From an uncultured Verrucomicrobiae bacterium (GTDB taxonomy: Bacteria > Verrucomicrobiota > Verrucomicrobiia > Chthoniobacterales > Chthoniobacteraceae), in assembly GCA_963769025.1 (NCBI GenBank), contig CAVYKI010000009.1, forward strand, positions 1,120,001 through 1,184,000: DNA of 64,000 nucleotides, written 5' to 3'. Below, piece by piece: positions 54,204-64,000 of this stretch (position 1 is its first letter; the number at the start of each line of letters is the position of its first letter). Under the pieces are notes generated by a model. The model saw only the letters and a list, made by a program, of their open reading frames with translations, was not told the origin of the DNA and ran no database searches. A program made the position numbers and the translations under genes.

Positions 54204-55004
54204 ATGAAGCTACGTTTCCCGTTCGCCGCGCTGCAACTTCTTTCTGCACCCATCGCAGGATGCGCCTTGATTTTTGCTCCCCACGCGGCAATCGCGCAGG
54301 CTCCGGCAGCCGGCACCGACTACGTAATTCTCAAGCCGGTCACTCCAACCGCGCAACCGCAGCAGCTCACCAACGTCCTCATCGTCGCAGTGCGAGGCGG
54401 GAAGGTCTCGATCAAGAATGCGCAGGGCGAAATCGCGTACAACCTCAGCCAGATCCAGGAAGTGAGGAAGGCCGCACCTCCGGAGTTTGGACAGGCGCAG
54501 CGCTTGATCGAAGCGGGCGACATGGAGAAGGCCCTGCCGCTCATCAAGGGCATCGCAGATCGCTACAAGAGCCTGCCGACGCCCTGGGCGGCCGATGCGA
54601 CCGGCATGCTCGGCAACATCTACATCAGCCTCGGCAAACTCCCCGAGGCCGAGGCAGCCTTTAACGACTTTCAGCAAAGCTACCCGGCAGCCGGCTCGAA
54701 TATCACCGGCGTGGGCAAGGCGCGCCTCGCAGCGGAGCGTGGAAAATTCGAGGAAGCGAAGGCAATCGCCGCGCCGCTTGTCGCGGACGCCCTGACCAAA
54801 AAAACCGTGAGCCGTGCCGAGAGCCAGCTCTACGGTCAGGCCTACTATATTCTCGGCAAAATAGCCGAGGGAGAGGGAAAACTTCCGGAGGCGATGGAAA
54901 ACTATTGCCGGACGGTGGCAATCTTCTATCAGGAGCGCTCAGTCGTCAAAGAAGCGCAAAAGCGAATTGACGAACTCCGTCAGAAAGGCATTACGACACC
55001 GTAA
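54204..55004 (+). CDS. Exported TPR protein
   Basis: Signal peptide plus TPR-like repeats; first gene of the exb cluster. Confidence 0.8.
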   Translation: MKLRFPFAALQLLSAPIAGCALIFAPHAAIAQAPAAGTDYVILKPVTPTAQPQQLTNVLIVAVRGGKVSIKNAQGEIAYNLSQIQEVRKAAPPEFGQAQRLIEAGDMEKALPLIKGIADRYKSLPTPWAADATGMLGNIYISLGKLPEAEAAFNDFQQSYPAAGSNITGVGKARLAAERGKFEEAKAIAAPLVADALTKKTVSRAESQLYGQAYYILGKIAEGEGKLPEAMENYCRTVAIFYQERSVVKEAQKRIDELRQKGITTP

Positions 55005-55041
55005 CAAGGAATCCCTCGCAGAACCGAACCTCTTTTCACCC

Positions 55042-55941
55042 ATGCTCAAACACCCGCTCCGCCGTCTCCTCCCGTTCATCCTGACTCCAATCGTCGCGCT
55101 ATTATCCGTGGCCTCCGCCGCAGCGCAGGAACATGCCAAGCAGGATAGTGTCATCACCCACATCCTCGCCAGCGGGCCGATGGGCATATTCATCTGGATC
55201 TGCATTTTGGCCACCTCGGTCATCATGGTGACGCTCATCATCCAGCTCGCCCTCTCCATGCAGAAGGCAAAGCTCGCCCCGCCGCCGCTCGTGGACAGCC
55301 TGCGCCAGATCATCGGCTCGGGCAATTACCAGGAAGCATGGGAGACCTGCAACGCGAACAAGAACTACCTCGCCAACGTCCTCAAAGCCGGCCTCAGCCG
55401 CATCGGTCGCGGCAAGGAGGCCGTCGAAACCGGACTCGCCGAGCACGGCATGCGCGAAGCCACGCTGCTCCGCACACGCAACAGCTACCTCTCCGTCATC
55501 GGCGTCGTCTCGCCGATGATCGGTCTGCTCGGCACCGTCATCGGAATGATGGGCGCATTCGCCGTCCTCGGGACTTCCGGCATGGGAAACCCAAAGGAAC
55601 TCGCCGGCAAGATCTCCGAAGTGCTCCTCGCAACGGCCGCCGGTCTCTTCATCGCCATCCCGGCATTCGTCGCCTACTACGTCTTCCGCAATATGTCGCA
55701 GGCATCCATCGTGTATGCCGACGACATCGTGAACACGCTCTTCATCGACATCCCTTACGAGGAACTTGCCGGCATGCAGGTGGGTGAAAACTTCGCCGCC
55801 GCTGGCGCGCCGATGGCACGCCCGATGGGCGTGGCCGCCGCGGCACCCGCGGCCGCCGGTGCGAGTTGTCCGGTCTGTGCCGGCGCCGTCACAGTCGGCC
55901 AGACTCCCTGCCCGCACTGCGGTTCGGTCCTCAGCTGGTAA
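55042..55941 (+). CDS. MotA/TolQ/ExbB proton channel protein with a C-terminal zinc ribbon
   Basis: SPMIGLLGTVIGMM.AF, ISEVLLATAAGL.IAIPA; tail CPVC...CPHC. Confidence 0.93.
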   Translation: MLKHPLRRLLPFILTPIVALLSVASAAAQEHAKQDSVITHILASGPMGIFIWICILATSVIMVTLIIQLALSMQKAKLAPPPLVDSLRQIIGSGNYQEAWETCNANKNYLANVLKAGLSRIGRGKEAVETGLAEHGMREATLLRTRNSYLSVIGVVSPMIGLLGTVIGMMGAFAVLGTSGMGNPKELAGKISEVLLATAAGLFIAIPAFVAYYVFRNMSQASIVYADDIVNTLFIDIPYEELAGMQVGENFAAAGAPMARPMGVAAAAPAAAGASCPVCAGAVTVGQTPCPHCGSVLSW

Positions 55942-55950
55942 CGTCCCGCC

Positions 55951-56436
55951 ATGGCCCACCTCACACACGCACAGCAGTCGAAGGCCGCGACCCGCACGCT
56001 GCCAGAGGAAGATCCGGAATTCCAGATCGCTCCGATGATCGACATTCTCCTCGTGCTGCTCGTGTTCTTCATGTCCATCGCCACCGAGCAGGTGTTGCAG
56101 GTGAACAAGGAAGTCATCCTGCCGATGGCCAAGGAGTCAAAGCCGCCGGGCCCCGAAGACACGGCGAAGAGCGAACTGATGATCAATCTCACATGGTCGG
56201 ACCTCGGCAACACCGGCTCCATCATCGTGGACGACCGGACGATCGACGCCGCCACGCTCCAGGACCTCATCCGCCGGAAAAAGGAAATCAACAAGGATCT
56301 CCGCGTCATCATCCGCGCCGACAAGCGCGCGAAGTATCAGTACGTCCGCTCCATCATGGTCGCCATGGGCGCCGCCGGCGTCCCGAACGTCACGTTCAGC
56401 GCCGTGGACAAGGAGATGGAAGACAAGAAACCCTAA
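55951..56436 (+). CDS. ExbD/TolR family protein
   Basis: FQIAPMIDILLVLLVFFM, VIIRADK. Confidence 0.93.
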   Translation: MAHLTHAQQSKAATRTLPEEDPEFQIAPMIDILLVLLVFFMSIATEQVLQVNKEVILPMAKESKPPGPEDTAKSELMINLTWSDLGNTGSIIVDDRTIDAATLQDLIRRKKEINKDLRVIIRADKRAKYQYVRSIMVAMGAAGVPNVTFSAVDKEMEDKKP

Positions 56437-56462
56437 CCCCACACAGAAAGGAACACACTCAT

Positions 56463-56879
56463 ATGGCCGGAGGCGGAGGCGGAGAAAGCGGAGATTACGG
56501 ATTTCAAATCGCACCCATGGTGGACGTGGTGTTCGTGCTGCTGCTGTTTTTCATGGCATCAGCCGGACAGCAAATCACCGAGGGATTTTTTCAGATCGGC
56601 CTGCCCAGCTCCGCCCCGGGCGGAGACTCCAAGCCCATCGTTCCCATCGTCGTGGACGTGGACCAGCTCGGAAACGTCTTCGTGAACGGCAACCCCATGT
56701 CCGGCAGCACGAAGGATCGCGAGCTCAAGCAACTCACCGAATTCCTCTCCAGCGCGATGAAGGCATCGCCTGAGGATCCCGTGATCGTCCGCCCCAACAT
56801 GGAAGCGCGGCACGAACGCGTCGTGGATGTCCTCAACGCGTGTCGCGTTGCCAGAGTCAATAAGCTGACCTTCGGCTAG
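56463..56879 (+). CDS. ExbD/TolR family protein (second copy)
   Basis: FQIAPMVDVVFVLLLFFM, PVIVRP...RHERVVDVLNAC. Confidence 0.92.
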   Translation: MAGGGGGESGDYGFQIAPMVDVVFVLLLFFMASAGQQITEGFFQIGLPSSAPGGDSKPIVPIVVDVDQLGNVFVNGNPMSGSTKDRELKQLTEFLSSAMKASPEDPVIVRPNMEARHERVVDVLNACRVARVNKLTFG

Positions 56880-56892
56880 GGGCTGCCCTTTC

Positions 56893-57768
56893 GTGGCGGG
56901 CTCCATGGTCTCCTTTCTCCTCGGAGGCGATCTGCCCGTCCATCGCATCGGCTACGGCGCGATGCGGCTCTGCGGACAACCCGGAAATTTCGGCCCCTTC
57001 GCCAACTGGCCTGCGGGTGAAAAGCTGCTGCGCCGCGCGGTCGAACTCGGTGTCAACTTCTTCGATACCGCCGAGGCGTACGGCCCCGGGCACAACGAGG
57101 AACTCATCGCCTCCGCCCTGCATCCGTACTGCGAAGGGATCGTCCTCACGACAAAAGGCGGCGTGACAAAAACCTCGCCCACCACCGTCTTCCCCGACGG
57201 CCGGCCGGAGAATCTTCGGCGCGCCTGCGAAGCCAGCCTGCAACGGCTGCGCCTTCCGCGGATCGACCTCTATCAGCTCCACCGTCCCGATCCGAAGGTG
57301 CCCTTCGCCGATTCCGTCGGCATGCTCGCGACGCTCCGGGGCGAGGGGAAAATCCGGCACGTCGGCCTTTCAAACGTCACGCTCGAACAGATCGGGGAAG
57401 CCCGCGCCATCGTGCCGATCGTCACCGTGCAAAACCGCTACAACCTCCGCGAACGCGGGGCGGACGACGTGCTCGGCTATTGCGAACGCAACGCCATCGC
57501 ATTTCTCCCCTACGGCCCGCTCGGCGCACAGCCCTTCGAACGCAACGCTCCCCTCACCGCGGACACCGGATCCCTCGCCGCAGTCGCCGCCAACCTCGGC
57601 GCGACGTCCGCGCAAGTCGCCCTCGCCTGGCTCCTGCATCGCTCGCCGAATATCATCGTCATCCCCGGCACGACGACCGTTTCGCACCTCGAGGAAAATT
57701 TCGCGGCAGCACGCATCGCGCTCACGTCGGACGATCTTGCGGCACTTTCCGCGGCGAAAATCGAGTGA
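56893..57768 (+). CDS. Aldo/keto reductase
   Basis: IGYGAMRL, FDTAEAYG, DLYQLHRPD, VGLSNV, VQNRYN, IPGT. Confidence 0.93.
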   Translation: MAGSMVSFLLGGDLPVHRIGYGAMRLCGQPGNFGPFANWPAGEKLLRRAVELGVNFFDTAEAYGPGHNEELIASALHPYCEGIVLTTKGGVTKTSPTTVFPDGRPENLRRACEASLQRLRLPRIDLYQLHRPDPKVPFADSVGMLATLRGEGKIRHVGLSNVTLEQIGEARAIVPIVTVQNRYNLRERGADDVLGYCERNAIAFLPYGPLGAQPFERNAPLTADTGSLAAVAANLGATSAQVALAWLLHRSPNIIVIPGTTTVSHLEENFAAARIALTSDDLAALSAAKIE

Positions 57769-57801
57769 CTCAGCCGGGCGCTTCCCTACCCTGCCCCCGC
57801 C

Positions 57802-58263
57802 ATGACTCCCGAACAACGCCTAGCCGCACTCCGCCTCGAACTCCCGCCCGCTCCGAAGCCCGTCGCCGTTTACAAGCCGCTGGTGATTACCGGCAGTCTC
57901 GCCTACGTCTCAGGCCACGGCCCGCTCCGTTCGGACAAGACCGTCATCACCGGCGTCGTCGGCCGCGACCTGGATCTCGAAGCCGGCAAAGCCGCCGCGC
58001 GCCAGGTCGGCCTCGCCATTCTCGCCACGCTCCGCTCCGAACTCGGCAGTCTCGACCGCGTCCGTCGCCTCGTGAAAGTCCTCGGCATGGTGAACACCGC
58101 TCCGGATTTCTACGATCACCCGAAGGTCATCAACGGATGTTCCGAGCTCTTCGCTGAAATCTGGGGCGCCGACGACGGCGTCGGTGCCCGCAGCGCCGTC
58201 GGCATGGGCCCGCTCCCCGGCAATATCGCCGTCGAGATCGAGGCCATCTTCGAGTTGCGTTAA
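57802..58263 (+). CDS. RidA/YjgF family protein
   Basis: YVSGHGP, VINGCSEL, GARSAVG..LP.N.AVEIE. Confidence 0.92.
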   Translation: MTPEQRLAALRLELPPAPKPVAVYKPLVITGSLAYVSGHGPLRSDKTVITGVVGRDLDLEAGKAAARQVGLAILATLRSELGSLDRVRRLVKVLGMVNTAPDFYDHPKVINGCSELFAEIWGADDGVGARSAVGMGPLPGNIAVEIEAIFELR

Positions 58264-58293
58264 AAGCCGCTCCCCGGCGAACTCCCCTCCCTC

Positions 58294-59691
58294 GTGACCA
58301 CCGAGGACTGGACACTCATCACCTTCGCGCTTGCGGCCGTCGTGCTGCTCGTCGTGCTCGTCACGCGGTTCAAGGTGAACGCCTTCAACGCGCTCGCGCT
58401 GGCATCACTGCTCGTCGGCGCCGGTGCCGTCGCGATGGGCGTGAAGGCACCCGGGGGAAAGGCGCCGCTCTCGCTTTTCGACGTCGTCGAAACATTCGGC
58501 GCAGGCCTCGGCAGGACGCTTGGCAGCATCGCCGCCCTCATTGGCCTGGGCACCATGTTCGGCAAGCTGCTCGCGGAAAGCGGCGGCGCGAGCGTGCTCG
58601 CAAAACGCTTCATCGCATTCTTCGGCCCGAAGCGCGTCGTGTGGTGCGTCATGGCGCTCGCCATCGTGGTCGGGCTGCCGACGTGGTTTGCCGTCGGCCT
58701 CGTGCTGCTGCTCCCCGTGCTCGTGAGCCTCACGCATGAGACGAAGCAGCCCTTCCTCCATCTCGCGATCCCGCTCGTATCCTGCCTGAGCGTGATGCAC
58801 GGCCTCATGCCGCCGCACCCCGGCCCCGTCGCGGCGATTGGCGCATTTGCGCAATACAAGCCCAACATGGGAATGGTCATCCTTTGGGGTTTTCTCATCG
58901 GCCTGCCGACCGCATTTGTCGCAGGCCCGCTCTTTGCGCGCCGCGCAGTGCGCCTCGTGCCCGCCGAGGCGCCGCCGATGCCATCGGTCTCAGAGCGGCG
59001 TCACATCACGCCACCGCCGTTCGGGCTCACGCTTTTCACGGTCATCCTGCCCATCGGGCTCATGCTGCTCGACACGCTCGCGCGCGTCTTCCTCGCGGAA
59101 AATGATCCGCTCGCCGCGGTCGCGAAATTCGTCGGCCACAGCACCATCGCTCTCCTCGCATCCGTCCTGTTCGCCGCGTGGGCGTTTGGGACGCGCTGCG
59201 GCTACTCCCGCACCGAGGTGCTCGGCTTTCTCGACAGTTGCATGGCCTCCGTCGGGCTCACGCTTCTCGTGGTCGGAGGAGGCGGCGGATTCGCGGCCGT
59301 GCTGCGCGACACCGGCGTAGCGAGCGCGATGGGCGCCCTCGCGACTCAACTCGGCCTCCCGGTGCTCCTGTACGGATGGATCATCGCTGCATTCATCCGC
59401 GTCGCCACCGGCAGTGCGACGGTGAGCATCATGACCGCCGCCGGACTCGTCGCGCCCGTCCTCGCGAACTACCCCGGCACGAACGTCGAACTGCTCATCA
59501 TCGCCATCGGCTGCGGCTCGCTCTTCCTCTCGCATCTCAATGACGGCGGTTTCTGGATCGTGAAGGACTCCCTCGGCCTCAGCGTTTCGCAGACGCTGCG
59601 GACGTGGACAATCACCGAGACGATCGTCGGCGTCTTCGGCCTGCTCCTCACCATCGGCGTCCACGCCGTGTGGCAGATGCTGCACCGCTGA
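58294..59691 (+). CDS. GntP-family gluconate:H+ symporter
   Basis: GKLLAESGGA, HGLMPPHPGP, RVATGSATV, SHLNDGGFW. Confidence 0.93.
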   Translation: MTTEDWTLITFALAAVVLLVVLVTRFKVNAFNALALASLLVGAGAVAMGVKAPGGKAPLSLFDVVETFGAGLGRTLGSIAALIGLGTMFGKLLAESGGASVLAKRFIAFFGPKRVVWCVMALAIVVGLPTWFAVGLVLLLPVLVSLTHETKQPFLHLAIPLVSCLSVMHGLMPPHPGPVAAIGAFAQYKPNMGMVILWGFLIGLPTAFVAGPLFARRAVRLVPAEAPPMPSVSERRHITPPPFGLTLFTVILPIGLMLLDTLARVFLAENDPLAAVAKFVGHSTIALLASVLFAAWAFGTRCGYSRTEVLGFLDSCMASVGLTLLVVGGGGGFAAVLRDTGVASAMGALATQLGLPVLLYGWIIAAFIRVATGSATVSIMTAAGLVAPVLANYPGTNVELLIIAIGCGSLFLSHLNDGGFWIVKDSLGLSVSQTLRTWTITETIVGVFGLLLTIGVHAVWQMLHR

Positions 59692-59703
59692 CGACGCGCG
59701 GCG

Positions 59704-60516
59704 TCAGATCGTCTGTGCGAGATAGCCGCCGTCCACGACGATGTCCGTGCCGGTCACGAAGCTGGACGCCTTGTGGGCGGCGAGGAACACCGCGGCACCG
59801 ATCAGTTCGTGGCTTTCGCCAAAGCGCTTCATCGGCGTGTGGCCGAGAATCGCCTGCGTGCGCGGCGTCGGCGAACCGTCGTCGTTGAAAAGCAGTTTCC
59901 GGTTCTGCTCCGCGGGGAAAAACCCGGGCGTGATCGAATTCACCCGCACGCCCTTCGTCGCCCACTCGCGCGCGAGGAACATCGTGAGACTCAGCACCGC
60001 CGCCTTGCTCGCCGAGTAGGCGACGACACGGGAAAGCGGGATGCGCGCGCTCGCGCTGGCGATGTTGATGATGCTCCCGCGCCCGCGTCCGCACATCGCC
60101 GGTCCGAATTCCTGGCTCGGCAGCAGGACGCCGCCCACCACGTTCATGTCGAAATTCGCGCGCCAGTCCTCGATCGTGATGGCCTCGATGGGCCGCTCGG
60201 GCGTCACCGTCACCTTGGGATCGTTGCCGCCTGCGGCATTCACGAGAATCGTCGGCGCTCCGAGCACTTCCGCCACCGCCTCATGCGCATCGTGCAGGCT
60301 CGCCTTGTCCATCGCGTCGGCCGCAAAAAATTCCGCCGTCCCGCCCGCTGCGCGGATCGCATCCACGCGCGACTGGCCGCGGCCCGCATTGCGCCCGAGA
60401 ACCGCGATTTTCGCGCCTGCGGCAGCAAGCCCATCGGCCAGCGCACCGCCGAGGACGCCGGTCGCGCCGATGACGACCGCGACTTCATTTGTGAGATCAA
60501 AGAGGGAATGGCTCAT
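59704..60516 (-). CDS. SDR oxidoreductase (sugar-acid dehydrogenase-like)
   Basis: GATGVLG, NAAGGN, YSASK, PGFFPAEQNR, HTPMKRFG. Confidence 0.9.
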   Translation of the reverse strand: MSHSLFDLTNEVAVVIGATGVLGGALADGLAAAGAKIAVLGRNAGRGQSRVDAIRAAGGTAEFFAADAMDKASLHDAHEAVAEVLGAPTILVNAAGGNDPKVTVTPERPIEAITIEDWRANFDMNVVGGVLLPSQEFGPAMCGRGRGSIINIASASARIPLSRVVAYSASKAAVLSLTMFLAREWATKGVRVNSITPGFFPAEQNRKLLFNDDGSPTPRTQAILGHTPMKRFGESHELIGAAVFLAAHKASSFVTGTDIVVDGGYLAQTI

Positions 60517-60676
60517 GCACCCAAGACAGCCGAGCAAGGCAGGGCTTGGCAAAGCCAAACTGAACGCAGCAGTGAAAACGCCGGGGGCAAAACGGCGTCC
60601 GCAGATGCACGCAGAGTTCAGGCGACACGCCCGCGTTCATCCCCCGCGCGAATCCGCACAATCTGCGGATGAATCC

Positions 60677-61750
60677 CTACCCTCCGGACTTCGGATATGT
60701 GCCGAGGATCTTGACGAGCGTGCAGTGCTTGCTGAGTTCCTCGATGGCTTCCTTCAGAGGCGTCTGCTCCGCGTGACCCTCGGCGTCCACAAAGAAGAAA
60801 TATTCCCACGCCTTCCGCTTGCTCGGCCGGCTTTCGATCTTGCTCATCGAAATGTGCAGCCGGTTGAACGGCTCCAGCGCACGAAAAAGTGCGCCGGGCT
60901 CGTCGCGGATGCAGAACATCAGCGACGTGCGATCCTCGCCGGTCGGCGGCGGCGCGACGGGGCCGATGACCAGGAAGCGTGTGGTGTTGTTCGGATTGTC
61001 CTGCACGCTCATCTCGATGATGGGCAGACTGTGTTCCTCCGCAGCCATGCGGCCCACGAGCGCACCGGCCCCAGGCTGCTGCGAGGCGAGTTCGGCGGCG
61101 CGCGGCGTGCTGCCGGCCTCGATGAGCTCCGCATTCGGCATCGTGCGCTGCAGCCACTGGCGGCATTGGCCGAAGACCTGCGGATGCGAATAGAGCTTCG
61201 TGATCTCACCACGCGCACATTTCGATGCGAGGTGGTTTTCGATCTTCATCAGGATCTGCGCGCAGATGCGCAGTTCGCTGTCCATGAAAACGTCGAGCGT
61301 GTGGTTCACCGCGCCCTCGGTGCTGTTCTCGATCGGCACGACGCCGTAGTCGGCGCGACCACGCGCGACAGCGTCGAACACATCCGCGATGGTCACCTGC
61401 GGCACATAATCCACGCTGGAGCCGAAGCGGCTGCGCGCGGCCTGGTGGGTGTTCGTCGAAGGCGGGCCGAAGTAGGCGATGGTGAGATCCTTTTCGAGCG
61501 CGAGCGCGGCGGACATGATCTCCCGGTAAATGGCGCGGATGCTTTTCTCCGGGAGGCGGCTGTTCAGCTCGCGTGCCTTTGCGGCAAGCGCGCGCAGCAC
61601 CTGCTCCTCGCGTTCCGGCGCGTAGATGGGCTGTCCCTGCGCCTTTTTGATAAGCCCGACCTCGTGGACAAGGTCCGAGCGCTCATTGAGCAGGCGGATG
61701 ATTTGCTCATCCACGATGTCGATCTTGCGGCGGATTTCGGGAAGGTCCAT
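60677..61750 (-). CDS. pheA: Chorismate mutase / prephenate dehydratase
   Basis: IRRKIDIVDEQI, VPIENSTEG, SHPQVFGQC, NTTRF, IESRPS. Confidence 0.97.
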   Translation of the reverse strand: MDLPEIRRKIDIVDEQIIRLLNERSDLVHEVGLIKKAQGQPIYAPEREEQVLRALAAKARELNSRLPEKSIRAIYREIMSAALALEKDLTIAYFGPPSTNTHQAARSRFGSSVDYVPQVTIADVFDAVARGRADYGVVPIENSTEGAVNHTLDVFMDSELRICAQILMKIENHLASKCARGEITKLYSHPQVFGQCRQWLQRTMPNAELIEAGSTPRAAELASQQPGAGALVGRMAAEEHSLPIIEMSVQDNPNNTTRFLVIGPVAPPPTGEDRTSLMFCIRDEPGALFRALEPFNRLHISMSKIESRPSKRKAWEYFFFVDAEGHAEQTPLKEAIEELSKHCTLVKILGTYPKSGG

Positions 61751-61755
61751 GGCGA

Positions 61756-62499
61756 TCAGTTTTCGGGCGTTGGCTGCGCGTCGCCAGGCTCCACCTCGGC
61801 GGACTCGGCCTGCAATTCAACCGGAGGCGCATCCTCAGCCAGAGCCTCCGCCGCCGCTCCTTCCTCCGCCGCCGTCTCGGCCGGGGCGGGCGCGCCAGCC
61901 TTTTCCTCGACGGGAATCTCCGCCTTTGGCAGCTGCACCCGGCGCAGTTCCTCCACGTTGGGAAGTTCATCCACGGCCTTGAGGCCGAAGTGCTGCAGAA
62001 AATATTCCGTCGTCGCGTACAGCAGCGGGCGTCCCGGCACCTCGGCGCGACCGGTGATGCTCACCAGGCTGCGGTCCAGCAGCACCTGCATCACGCCATC
62101 CACGGCGACACCGCGGACGGCCTCGATGTCCGCGCGCGTGACGGGCTGGCGGTAGGCGATGATCGCGAGCGTCTCCAGCGCGGGACCGCTGAGCCGCGTC
62201 GGCTTCGCCTCGGGGTAAAGCTGCCGCACCCATTCGCTCGCTTCCTTCACCGTCGTCATCGTCCAGCCGTTCACCTGCTCGGTGAGCTGAAGCGCGCGTT
62301 CCTGCTGCGCGTATTCGGCCTTCAGCTCCTCCAGCGCCGCGGTCACGTCGGCCTCCTTCGTCTCGCTGAACTGCTGCACGGCGGCGTCCTCGCTCTCCGC
62401 CGCAGCATCGCGGATGGCCTTCACCATTTCCGACAGCGTCAGCGGCCTCGGCGAGGCGAACACCAGGGCCTCCACGGCATGTTTGATCGTCAGCGTCAT
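61756..62499 (-). CDS. scpB: SMC-Scp complex subunit ScpB
   Basis: VEALVFAS, LETLAIIAYRQPVTRADIEAVRGV, GRPLLYATT..FL.HFGL. Confidence 0.97.
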   Translation of the reverse strand: MTLTIKHAVEALVFASPRPLTLSEMVKAIRDAAAESEDAAVQQFSETKEADVTAALEELKAEYAQQERALQLTEQVNGWTMTTVKEASEWVRQLYPEAKPTRLSGPALETLAIIAYRQPVTRADIEAVRGVAVDGVMQVLLDRSLVSITGRAEVPGRPLLYATTEYFLQHFGLKAVDELPNVEELRRVQLPKAEIPVEEKAGAPAPAETAAEEGAAAEALAEDAPPVELQAESAEVEPGDAQPTPEN

Positions 62500-62514
62500 C
62501 GCGGTTGGGACAGT

Positions 62515-63234
62515 TTAGGCGCGGCTCAGTTCAATTTCACCGAAAGGCTCCGGCTGCACGCAGCGCAGTTGCTTCAGCCGGATCAGTTCGAGCAGCGCTA
62601 GGAAAGTGATCACCACCTCCGAGCGCGAGGCTGCGTCGGTGAACAGCTCGGTGAACTTCAACGCCACGCCCGGTGCCGCCATTTTCAAGATAAGATCGAT
62701 CTTGTCGGCGACCGTGAAGTTCTCCTCGAAGATCTCCCGCAGGTCCTCCTTCTTCCCCTCGATGCGCTTGAGGATCTTGTTGAACGCATTGATGAGGTCG
62801 AACACCGACACCTCCCCGAGCGGACGCTCCGCGTGCTCCTCCGGCGACGCCGCAACGCGCGGAAAAACCCCCTCGCGCTCCAGCTCGCGGCCGTGCAGAT
62901 GCGCCGCGGCCTCCTTGAATTTCTTGTACTCGATGAGCTGCCGCACGAGTTCCCAGCGCGGGTCCTCCTCATCGGCCTCCTCCTCCGGCGGCTGCACGTT
63001 CACGGGCAGAAGCGAGCGGCTCTTGATGTAGATGAGGTTCGCCGCCATCACCACGAACTCGCCCGCCACATCGAGGTCGAGCATCTTGAACAGCTCCATG
63101 AAATCCAGGTACTGCTTCGTGATGTGCCCGATGTTGATGTCGTGGATGTCGATCTCATCGCGCTTGATGAGAAAGAGCAGCAGATCGAGCGGCCCTTCGA
63201 AGACCTCGAGTTTCACTTTGTATTCCTGCGACAT
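62515..63234 (-). CDS. scpA: Segregation/condensation protein A
   Basis: FEGPLDLLL.LI, IKSRSLLP, DPRWELV..L.EY, TFLALLEL. Confidence 0.97.
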   Translation of the reverse strand: MSQEYKVKLEVFEGPLDLLLFLIKRDEIDIHDINIGHITKQYLDFMELFKMLDLDVAGEFVVMAANLIYIKSRSLLPVNVQPPEEEADEEDPRWELVRQLIEYKKFKEAAAHLHGRELEREGVFPRVAASPEEHAERPLGEVSVFDLINAFNKILKRIEGKKEDLREIFEENFTVADKIDLILKMAAPGVALKFTELFTDAASRSEVVITFLALLELIRLKQLRCVQPEPFGEIELSRA

Positions 63235-63318
63235 GAGGGCGCGGAGGCTAGCGCACGACCGCCCGATGGGAAGGAAAACGTGGAGAAACGACCGCCGGCA
63301 CTTGGCTGCGCGTGAAGT

Positions 63319-64000
63319 CTAACCTGCGGGATCGCGCCGGTCGCGGGGGTGGCTTTCCAGCAGGCGGCGGGCGCTGGCGTCGTCGGCCATGCCGAGGGTG
63401 GACCAGTCGTGCGCGTGCCGGCCGTATTGCGCCCAGAATGCGCGGAGGTTGGAATTGGAGACAAACTCCGGGTGCTCGACGAGGACGTCGTAGGGGCCGG
63501 GGCGGCTGAAGATTTTCGCCATGATGGGCACGAGGTCCAACACGAAGAGCGTGCCGAATATCACGAGGAACTGGAAGAGGCCTGCGATCCACTTCTGACC
63601 CTGCTCGCTGCGTTCGGTTTCGTCGGCATCCGGCGGGAGGGTGAAAATGACTTTGTACAGGCCGATGGTTTCCTCCATGGGGTCGAGGACGCCGGCCATC
63701 TTGAGTTCATGCCGCGAGATCTGCGGGAGGTATTCATCGTCCGCGCGCTTCACGCCGCTGGCGTTCTCGGCTTCGAGCGCGGCGGTCTGGTCGGCGATGC
63801 GCTTGAGGTGCAGCGGGTGTTCGGTTTCCGCTTCGGTGATTTCCCTGGTCACTTTGTCGAGGCGATCCTTGCGGATGCGTTCCCGCTCCTTCCCTTCCTC
63901 GACATAGGCGGCGCGCTTGCTGCCGAGGGCGTCGAGGTAGGCGTTCTTGTCGGAAAGGCGCGCGCCGGCGAGCAGCTTGTCGCTCGCGAGGAGTGCGGCG
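63319..64000 (-). CDS. C-terminal part of a DUF4407-like coiled-coil membrane protein (5' end outside the window)
   Basis: Coiled coil, then a TM segment followed by DLVPIMAKIFSRPGPYD. Confidence 0.6.
   Translation of the reverse strand, partial: AALLASDKLLAGARLSDKNAYLDALGSKRAAYVEEGKERERIRKDRLDKVTREITEAETEHPLHLKRIADQTAALEAENASGVKRADDEYLPQISRHELKMAGVLDPMEETIGLYKVIFTLPPDADETERSEQGQKWIAGLFQFLVIFGTLFVLDLVPIMAKIFSRPGPYDVLVEHPEFVSNSNLRAFWAQYGRHAHDWSTLGMADDASARRLLESHPRDRRDPAG

Overview
High-GC bacterial chromosomal DNA. Gene content and style (PVC-type dehydrogenase, DUF1080, ExbB/ExbD clusters) suggest Verrucomicrobiota; this is an inference. Most of the window is housekeeping: gpsA-plsY, clpC, parB, apt, smc, dapL, cysK, a uup-like ABC-F, tRNA-Ala(GGC), scpA-scpB-pheA, an RND pump and an ExbB/ExbD cluster. 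It also holds an intact IS5-family element and an internally deleted IS3-family element. The most unusual part is an accessory/defence patch at about 3.1-7.1 kb. It contains a GmrSD-like nuclease whose DGQQR motif reads YGQQR, and two ~220-bp direct repeats that each encode a truncated TIR-domain N-terminus with the same 42-bp in-frame insert. Toxin-antitoxin modules lie between the repeats, and a ~23-copy 21-bp tandem array sits beside them, with one degenerate unit exactly at the breakpoint of one TIR remnant. A second candidate system is a porin + small periplasmic protein + two histidine kinase operon with a sigma54-like promoter. Several segments carry dense single-base frameshifts in normally important genes, most likely consensus errors. 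All calls come from reading motifs by eye; no searches were run.
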